Below, piece after piece: positions 26,738-32,000 of a stretch of DNA of 32,000 bases; the first letter of the stretch is position 1, and every line of letters begins with the position of its first letter. The position numbers were made by a program, and so were the translations under genes. The notes under the pieces were generated by a model. It was not told where the DNA came from. It ran no database searches and saw only the letters and a program-made list of their open reading frames with translations. This DNA comes from Erysipelothrix larvae (GTDB lineage: Bacteria > Bacillota_I > Bacilli_A > Erysipelotrichales > Erysipelotrichaceae). Location: positions 120,001-152,000 of the forward strand of contig NZ_CP013213.1 of assembly GCF_001545095.1 (NCBI RefSeq), read 5' to 3'.

Positions 26738-26771
26738 GTATTTCTTTTGAAATACTAAAAAGGAGAACAGT

Positions 26772-27098
26772 ATGAAAATCGTAACAACGCATACATTAGA
26801 AGGCTATGAGATTGTTGAGTATAAAGGTGTTGTTTTTGGAGAAGTCATCAATGGGATTGACTTCATTAAGGATATTGGTGCGAGCTTTCGAAATTTAGTA
26901 GGCGGGCGTTCAAAAGGATATGAAGAAGAAATTATTCAATCGCGGACGGATGCTCTCAGAGAACTTGAATCACGTGCAATGTCAATGGGGGCGAATGCTG
27001 TTGTTGGGTTGCGCATCGATTATGAGACACTCGGTGGTGGTGGCATGATTATGGTGTCGTGTACTGGAACCGCAGTGGTTGTGAATGAAAAACAATAA
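26772..27098 (+). CDS. ybjQ: YbjQ/UPF0145-family protein
   Basis: 108 aa reading MKIVTTHTLEGYEIVEYKGVVFGE...VGGRSKGYEEE...GANAVVGLRIDYE..., typical of UPF0145. Confidence 0.88.
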   Translation: MKIVTTHTLEGYEIVEYKGVVFGEVINGIDFIKDIGASFRNLVGGRSKGYEEEIIQSRTDALRELESRAMSMGANAVVGLRIDYETLGGGGMIMVSCTGTAVVVNEKQ

Positions 27099-27130
27099 GG
27101 AAACTGATTGTGTAAAGGAGGCAACGAAAA

Positions 27131-27292
27131 ATGCCAGAAAAAGTAAAAACAGATTTGTTTAATGAGTTGCCTGTTGAGTTGTTGAGTGTTATGGTTTTTG
27201 ATCCTGAAACCGGTGACTTTGAGTTGACAGATGAGGCAACACAAGAAGAACGGGATTTGTTTGAAAAGTATAAAGGTCAGAAAGATAAATAA
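27131..27292 (+). CDS. Unannotated 53-aa acidic small protein (below the ORF-track length cutoff)
   Basis: SD AAAGGAGG sits 9 nt before ATG 27131. The translation is MPEKVKTDLFNELPVELLSVMVFDPETGDFELTDEATQEERDLFEKYKGQKDK. The ORF ends at a bidirectional terminator. Confidence 0.5.
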   Translation: MPEKVKTDLFNELPVELLSVMVFDPETGDFELTDEATQEERDLFEKYKGQKDK

Positions 27293-27317
27293 AAAAGGAG
27301 CGCGAGCTCCTTTTATT
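27291..27317. terminator. Bidirectional rho-independent terminator shared by the small ORF (+) and csp (-)
   Basis: A6-GGAGC-gcga-GCTCC-T4ATT. Confidence 0.7.
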
Positions 27318-27320
27318 AGC

Positions 27321-27524
27321 TTATAATGGTTTTACATTTTCAGCTTGCTTACCACGACGTCCGTCTACGATATCAAACATAACTGCTTGACCTTCGTTTA
27401 ATGACTTGTAGCCTTGTGCAGCAATACCTGAGTAATGTACAAAGATTTCTTCGTTTGAACCATCAACGATGATAAAACCGAAACCTTTTTCTGCATTAAA
27501 GAATTTTACTTTTCCTGAATCCAT
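27321..27524 (-). CDS. Cold-shock protein (CspA family)
   Basis: [18 protein letters not shown] (RNP1) and FVHYS (RNP2). SD AGGAGG precedes ATG 27524; the track ORF extends 13 codons upstream. Confidence 0.93.
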   Translation of the reverse strand: MDSGKVKFFNAEKGFGFIIVDGSNEEIFVHYSGIAAQGYKSLNEGQAVMFDIVDGRRGKQAENVKPL

Positions 27525-27646
27525 AGTGTCCTCCTGTCTAGAATAAGCGTTTATACATTTCAATTAACAAAGAGAAAACTATTATTAATAAAGTGTAACA
27601 TTTCTTATAACCTTTACTACATTAACATGAATGGGCACTTAAGTCA

Positions 27647-27692
27647 AATTTTTAACACAAACTTAATAGACAATTTTTAACACAAACTTAAT
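27647..27692. repeat. Two perfect 21-bp direct repeats
   Basis: AATTTTTAACACAAACTTAAT occurs at 27647-27667 and 27672-27692. Additional ACTTAA/TTAAGT copies occur at 27637-27646, 27697-27706 and 27709-27718. Confidence 0.6.
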
Positions 27693-28022
27693 GGAAAAAG
27701 TTAAGTGAAAAGTTAAGTTCCACTTTAAGGGGGGCGAAGTTGATGTTAGTTATTCATAAACTTCCAGTTGCAATAAGTCTTTCATTAAGCCATAGTATGA
27801 GTATGTTGCATGACTTAAAAAAGAAGGAGCTTATCATGAGTAATTAGTTCAAGCCCTTAACCTTAGAGGAAAGAAAAATTATACTGGCAGGCACGCAAAA
27901 TGGATGGTTTATTGGATAATTGATGAATTTTATCCACTGAATCACACCATATAAATAAATTTAATATCTTGTTTCTCATTTTATATGAACTATAATTAAA
28001 GAGTATATGAGAGGGGACACTT

Positions 28023-28484
28023 ATGAAGAAAGTTCTAGTTTTGTGTATTTTAACTGCTTTCCTTACTGGCTGTGGTAATAAGAGTAATTCAAGTGTGACG
28101 GAGTGTACAATGGATAAACAGTATAGTGCTTATACTACGTCCAAACAGACACTTGAGTCTGAAGGTGATATTGTTAAAGTGATTCTTTTTGAAGGAATCA
28201 TAGATTATAGTAGTAAGGAACAACTTGAAAGTGCAATAGTGCAAATTGACGCTGCTATTGAATCGGTTAATTCACTAGATGGTGTTGAAGTTAGCTATGA
28301 AAAGTTAAGTGATACATCAATTAAGGATAAAGCACGTTATGATTTGGAATCTGCGAGTATATCAACGCTGCAACAATTAGGATTGTTGTCATCAGATGAT
28401 GCTGCAAAAGAAACTAAATTGATTTCACTAAAAAAATCTGTAACTGCACTAGAAAGCTCAGGCTTTACATGTAAAACCAAATAG
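28023..28484 (+). CDS. Lipoprotein, possibly YehR/DUF1307-like
   Basis: Signal peptide with lipobox FLTGC. 153 aa. SD GAGGGGA. Confidence 0.75.
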   Translation: MKKVLVLCILTAFLTGCGNKSNSSVTECTMDKQYSAYTTSKQTLESEGDIVKVILFEGIIDYSSKEQLESAIVQIDAAIESVNSLDGVEVSYEKLSDTSIKDKARYDLESASISTLQQLGLLSSDDAAKETKLISLKKSVTALESSGFTCKTK

Positions 28485-28490
28485 ATTTTA

Positions 28491-28520
28491 AAAAGAGAAG
28501 AGCGAAAGCTCTTTTCTTTT
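28491..28520 (+). terminator. Rho-independent terminator after the lipoprotein gene
   Basis: AAAAGAGAAGAGC-gaaa-GCTCTTTTCTTTT. Confidence 0.7.
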
Positions 28521-28590
28521 CCCAAGTATATCGACAAGAGTTCTTATGATAGAGAGGGAGTTTCTATCGCCGCATTTTTCATTTTGACAT

Positions 28591-28616
28591 AAAAAAACCT
28601 ACTTTTTAGTAGGTTT
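28591..28616 (-). terminator. Rho-independent terminator after tRNA-His
   Basis: On the minus strand: AACCTAC-taaaaa-GTAGGTT followed by T7. Confidence 0.65.
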
Positions 28617-28626
28617 GTTTGCTTAA

Positions 28627-28704
28627 TGGGGCGATCGACGGGACTTGAACCCGCGAGTGCCGGAGCCACAACCCGGTGCGTTAACCACCTTCGCCACGAC
28701 CGCC
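28627..28704 (-). tRNA. tRNA-His (anticodon GTG), with encoded G-1 and 3' CCA
   Basis: The minus strand reads G-GCGGTCG-TG-GCGAAGGTGGTTAACGC-A-CCGGG-TTGTGGC-TCCGG-CACTC-GCGGG-TTCAAGT-CCCGT-CGATCGC-C-CCA. This gives a cloverleaf with a 7-bp acceptor stem (one G-U), anticodon loop TT-GTG-GC and a canonical T-loop. An extra 5' G faces the discriminator C. Confidence 0.9.
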
Positions 28705-28716
28705 ATGTGCTTATTC

Positions 28717-28745
28717 ATTCTACATTATTTAGGTTATTTTGTAAA
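28717..28745 (-). promoter_or_regulatory. SigA promoter of tRNA-His
   Basis: On the minus strand: TTTACA (28740-28745), a 17-nt spacer, then TAGAAT (28717-28722), 12 nt before the tRNA 5' end. Confidence 0.55.
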
Positions 28746-28984
28746 TAGGAAAAATCATTTTTTAGTAGATTCATGTGTTGTGCGTCTAGAATCAATTTAT
28801 TTATGAAAAAGCTGCATCCTAATCACACATTGACTTAATGGAAAATACTGTTTTTTTAAGCACATTGATTCGGAATAAACTAAGTTGTGAGGATAAAGTG
28901 TTCATGATGTAGATATGGCAGTGAAACTGAATCTTACTTTTAAAGTCAACCTATGCTATTATATATAGATGAAAGGAGTTAACG

Positions 28985-29818
28985 ATGAAAACTGCTATAG
29001 TAACAGACTCATCTGCAGACTTATCGAGAGAAGATGCAGAATCACTTGGAATTTTCGTGGCTCGAATGCCACTGACAATCGATGGTGAAGATTTTTTAGA
29101 AGAAGAAGGAATCTCTCGTGAAGCATTTATTGAAGCAATGAAAAATGGTGCAACAGTCAGTACATCGCAACCTAACCTCTTTAATACAGGAACATTATTT
29201 AAAAACTTATTAGAAACACACGATCAAGTATTATATCTACCAATTTCAAGTAAACTAAGTGGCACATATCAGACAGCATGTATTTTAGCTGAAGAATTTG
29301 GTGGGAGAGTAGTTGTTGTTGATACACTTGCGGTAAGTTACCCGCTTTTATATGTAACGTTACGCGCGAAAGAACTCGCGGAATCAGGTGTGCCATTGGT
29401 TGAGATTAAACAAAATATTGAATCAAACTCATTTATGTTCGCATCATTGATCCCAGAATCAATTGAATATCTAAAGAGGGGTGGGCGTATTAAACCGGCT
29501 GCAGCTGCGGTTGCAAACTTGTTGAAGATTATGCCAATACTCAGCGTAACAGATGGAGAAATAGACCTTCTTGATAAAGTTAGAACACATAAGAAAGCTT
29601 TGAAGAAAGGTGTTTCGTATGTAGTGGAAGATCGAAACCCAGATGATTATGATTGGGCAGTCTTGAGTGGTGATGCACCAGAAGAAGACATGCTAGAGGT
29701 TATTGCGGAAGTAGAACGGATCTTAGGGAGAAGTGTTGTTCGTCGCAATATTTATCCGATTGTTTTAGCCCATACTGGACCGGGAACGATTGCGGTCACA
29801 TGTATGAAGAAATTCTAA
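28985..29818 (+). CDS. DegV-family fatty-acid-binding protein
   Basis: MKTAIVTDSSADLS..., STSQP, LSGTYQ and a C-terminal HTGPGT, all typical DegV motifs. Confidence 0.9.
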   Translation: MKTAIVTDSSADLSREDAESLGIFVARMPLTIDGEDFLEEEGISREAFIEAMKNGATVSTSQPNLFNTGTLFKNLLETHDQVLYLPISSKLSGTYQTACILAEEFGGRVVVVDTLAVSYPLLYVTLRAKELAESGVPLVEIKQNIESNSFMFASLIPESIEYLKRGGRIKPAAAAVANLLKIMPILSVTDGEIDLLDKVRTHKKALKKGVSYVVEDRNPDDYDWAVLSGDAPEEDMLEVIAEVERILGRSVVRRNIYPIVLAHTGPGTIAVTCMKKF

Positions 29819-29830
29819 AGAAGTACCAAT

Positions 29831-29855
29831 AAGCGAAATTTACTTCGCTTTTTTC
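29831..29855 (+). terminator. Rho-independent terminator after degV
   Basis: AAGCGAA-atttac-TTCGCTT followed by a T-run. Confidence 0.7.
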
Positions 29856-29903
29856 ATAGGTTTTTGCTCATAAAAAAAATCAAGATGAAGGAGGATTTTA
29901 AAC

Positions 29904-30167
29904 GTGAGAGCTATCGTAACAGTGGTTGGGAAAGACAAGATTGGGATTATTGCTAAAGTATGCACTGTCCTTGCAGAACATGATGTTAATGTATTGGATA
30001 TTTCGCAAACAATATTACATGATTATTTTAATATGATTATGATTGTGGAGTACCAAGAAGGCACATTTGAGGGAGTGTATGAGAATCTCAAAAAAACAGG
30101 TGAAGCACTCGGCGTTGAAATTCGAGTTCAACGTGAAGAAATCTTTGAAGCAATGCATCGAGTTTAG
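29904..30167 (+). CDS. ACT-domain protein, UPF0237 family
   Basis: GTG start 8 nt after SD AAGGAGG. The sequence [19 protein letters not shown]...VNVLDISQT is typical, and the gene is paired with the UPF0210 gene downstream as usual. Confidence 0.85.
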   Translation: MRAIVTVVGKDKIGIIAKVCTVLAEHDVNVLDISQTILHDYFNMIMIVEYQEGTFEGVYENLKKTGEALGVEIRVQREEIFEAMHRV

Positions 30168-30177
30168 GAGTTTTAGT

Positions 30178-31536
30178 ATGATTACAAATCTAGAAGTATT
30201 AGAAACGATTCGGATGATTGAAGAAGAGAAGTTTGATGTTCGAACCATTACGATGGGGATTAGTTTATTGGATTGTGTCGATGAGAACATCGATAAACTA
30301 AATCAAAAAATATACAATAAAATTGTGACAAAAGCGAAGGACTTAGTTCAAGTTGGTGAATCACTTGAAAAAGAATACGGTGTTGAGATTGTTAACAAGC
30401 GTATCTCAGTAACGCCAATTGCTTTAGTGGCTGGCGCGTGTGATGTCGATGATTATGTATCGATTGCGCATACCCTAGATAAAGCAGCACGCGACACAGG
30501 TGTTAATTTTATTGGAGGATTTAGTGCGCTTGTTCAAAAAGGAATGACGGACTCAGATCGTAAATTAATCCAATCAATCCCTCAGGCATTGGCCCAAACA
30601 GAGCGCGTATGTTCATCTTTGAATGTTGGTTCTACCAAGACAGGAATTAACATGGATGCAGTCTTAATGGTTGGTGAAATGCTCGTTGAATGCGCAACTT
30701 TAACACAAGATTCAGCACTGAATGGGTGTACGAAGTTTGTTGTTTTTACCAATGCAGTTGATGATAATCCATTTATGGCGGGTGCTTATCATGGCATTGG
30801 TCAACCTGACTGTGTTGTAAGTGTTGGGGTAAGTGGCCCTGGGGTTGTAAAGCGTGCCTTAAAAGAAGTGCGACATGAACCGTTCCAAGTCTTATGTGAT
30901 GCGATAAAGAACAGTGCATTTAAGATTACACGCATTGGACAGCTTATTGGAATTGAAGCTGCAAGACGCTTAGGTGTTGAGTTTGGAATTGTTGACTTAT
31001 CTTTAGCTCCAACGCCTGCAGTAGGAGACAGTATTGCTGAGATATTTAATGAAATGGGATTAGAATATGCTGGAGCACCAGGCACAACTGCTGCGCTGGC
31101 ATTATTAAATGACAGCATTAAAAAAGGGGGACTTATGGCATCCTCACATGTCGGTGGACTTAGTGGTGCCTTTATTCCAGTGAGTGAAGATCAAGGGATG
31201 ATTCAAGCGGTTAAAGATGGATTTTTGACACTTGAAAAACTGGAAGCGATGACCTGTGTGTGTTCTGTTGGTTTGGACATGGTTGCAGTTCCTGGATCAA
31301 CCTCTGCAAAAACGTTATCAGGGATTATTGCGGATGAGATGGCCATTGGTATGATTAATCAAAAAACAACAGCAGTTCGTATCATTCCTGTAATTGGAAA
31401 AGAAGTGGGCGATATTGTTGAGTTTGGTGGCCTTTTAGGAACCGCTCCGATTATGCCGGTGAATACAGCAGATTGTTCTCAGTTTGTAAATCGTGGTGGG
31501 TTTATCCCAGCTCCGTTACATAGTTTTAAAAATTAA
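30178..31536 (+). CDS. UPF0210/DUF711 (PFL-like) family protein
   Basis: [33 protein letters not shown] is a characteristic N-terminus. SD AGGAG precedes ATG 30178; the track ORF's upstream 45 codons overlap the ACT gene. Confidence 0.88.
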   Translation: MITNLEVLETIRMIEEEKFDVRTITMGISLLDCVDENIDKLNQKIYNKIVTKAKDLVQVGESLEKEYGVEIVNKRISVTPIALVAGACDVDDYVSIAHTLDKAARDTGVNFIGGFSALVQKGMTDSDRKLIQSIPQALAQTERVCSSLNVGSTKTGINMDAVLMVGEMLVECATLTQDSALNGCTKFVVFTNAVDDNPFMAGAYHGIGQPDCVVSVGVSGPGVVKRALKEVRHEPFQVLCDAIKNSAFKITRIGQLIGIEAARRLGVEFGIVDLSLAPTPAVGDSIAEIFNEMGLEYAGAPGTTAALALLNDSIKKGGLMASSHVGGLSGAFIPVSEDQGMIQAVKDGFLTLEKLEAMTCVCSVGLDMVAVPGSTSAKTLSGIIADEMAIGMINQKTTAVRIIPVIGKEVGDIVEFGGLLGTAPIMPVNTADCSQFVNRGGFIPAPLHSFKN

Positions 31537-31574
31537 GAGAGAAAGGGTTGCGTTGTCCCCTAATTTGTGGTATT

Positions 31575-31592
31575 GTACTACTATAGTGATAC
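31575..31592. promoter_or_regulatory. Imperfect palindrome GTAnnACTATAGTnnTAC, candidate GntR/YtrA operator
   Basis: GTACTACTATAGTGATAC has a perfect ACTATAGT core and matching GTA/TAC ends. It lies 16 nt upstream of the GntR start and overlaps a TGGTATTGT -10-like element. Confidence 0.35.
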
Positions 31593-31607
31593 AAAGGAGG
31601 GACACTT

Positions 31608-31979
31608 ATGACGTTTAAGAGTAACTCAATTGCGATTTATCAGCAAATCATGGATATGTTTGTTTTGCGAATCGCTTCAGGGGCATTAAGTCCTGGCGAA
31701 CGCATCGATTCAATCCGAGATCTTGCAACGCAATTTAAAGTGAATCCAAACACTGTTCAAAAAGCACTTAATGAACTAGAACGGGATGGATTATTGGAAA
31801 CGGATCGAACTAAGGGGAAGTTTGTGACCGATGATATTGAGAAGATAGCGCAATTGAAACATAAGATTACGCTTGAAACAGTGGAAGAATTTGTAGCGAA
31901 AGTTAGAGCGTTGAAGCTAGATCAAGATGAAGTAATCGAGATTTATAATCGTGTCAGAGAGGGAAAGACAGATGGTTGA
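31608..31979 (+). CDS. GntR-family transcriptional regulator, YtrA subfamily (short effector domain)
   Basis: Winged HTH ...IDSIRDLATQFKVNPNTVQKALNELERDGLLETDRTKGKFV. 123 aa. Confidence 0.88.
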   Translation: MTFKSNSIAIYQQIMDMFVLRIASGALSPGERIDSIRDLATQFKVNPNTVQKALNELERDGLLETDRTKGKFVTDDIEKIAQLKHKITLETVEEFVAKVRALKLDQDEVIEIYNRVREGKTDG

Positions 31980-32000
31980 GAATGTTATTCAAATAAAGGG
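31972..32000 (+). CDS. Start of the next gene (overlaps the GntR stop by 8 nt); likely the ABC ATPase that normally follows YtrA-type regulators, truncated by the window
   Basis: ATG 31972 gives MVENVIQIK... and overlaps the GntR stop. The product guess rests only on the usual ytrA-ABC gene context. Confidence 0.3.

Noticed and set aside
26292-27692. Short tandem or direct repeats (11-bp x3 at 26292; 21-bp x2 at 27647) considered as a possible CRISPR array.
   Set aside because: There are too few units, the spacing is wrong (0 and 4 nt spacers), the repeats are AT-rich, and there are no cas genes. They fit protein-binding sites better.
27743-27847. 34-aa ORF MLVIHKLPVAISLSLSHSMSMLHDLKKKELIMSN with the upstream G-rich SD-like AAGGGGGG.
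   Set aside because: It has no recognisable features, and an ORF of this size is expected by chance in AT-rich DNA. I kept it only as a note. Conservation analysis would be needed.
27836-27925. Possible relic of an IS30-like transposase N-terminus: MSN*FKPLTLEERKIILAGTQNGWFIG*, preceded by SD AAGGAG.
   Set aside because: Only about 25 residues resemble the K-x-LT-x-x-ER-x-x-I HTH start of IS30-type transposases. The frame is interrupted by a stop after three codons, and no downstream remnant or inverted repeat is visible, so it is too weak to call a pseudogene.

Overview
This is a low-GC Bacillota-type chromosomal window. About 1-16.2 kb and 26.4-32 kb are mostly + strand housekeeping genes. 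Their order recalls two B. subtilis neighbourhoods: uvrA, hprK, lgt/ppaX and trxB, then rapZ(yvcJ), yvcK and whiA. After these come a GNAT protein, a monocistronic gap, ybaK and a MoxR-DUF58-transglutaminase operon. The right side carries phnA/yjdM, ybjQ, csp, a lipoprotein, a solitary tRNA-His, degV, the ACT+UPF0210 pair and a YtrA-type GntR regulator. Between them lies a minus-strand accessory block at about 16.2-26.3 kb. It holds an ISL3-family transposase with a co-oriented Zn-ribbon ORF, embedded in an unusual set of terminal-repeat copies. Next are three tandem MetQ/NlpA-type lipoprotein paralogs, each behind its own T-box-type leader; two leaders are near-identical with their own promoters and one is visibly degenerate. 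The block ends with a translationally coupled OmpR-type response regulator, histidine kinase, ABC ATPase and ABC-2 permease operon. I do not recognise any hallmark defence, CRISPR, toxin-antitoxin or prophage system, and nothing here can honestly be called a new multi-gene system. The observations most worth a second look are: the T-box/MetQ triplication, with no metN/metI in the window and an ambiguous specifier; the repeat architecture around the IS; the in-frame Lgt-PpaX fusion; and several operator-like repeats (a TetR palindrome pair, 11-bp tandem repeats in front of the response regulator, and 21-bp perfect direct repeats upstream of csp). All product calls come from motif recognition by eye. 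No database search was run.
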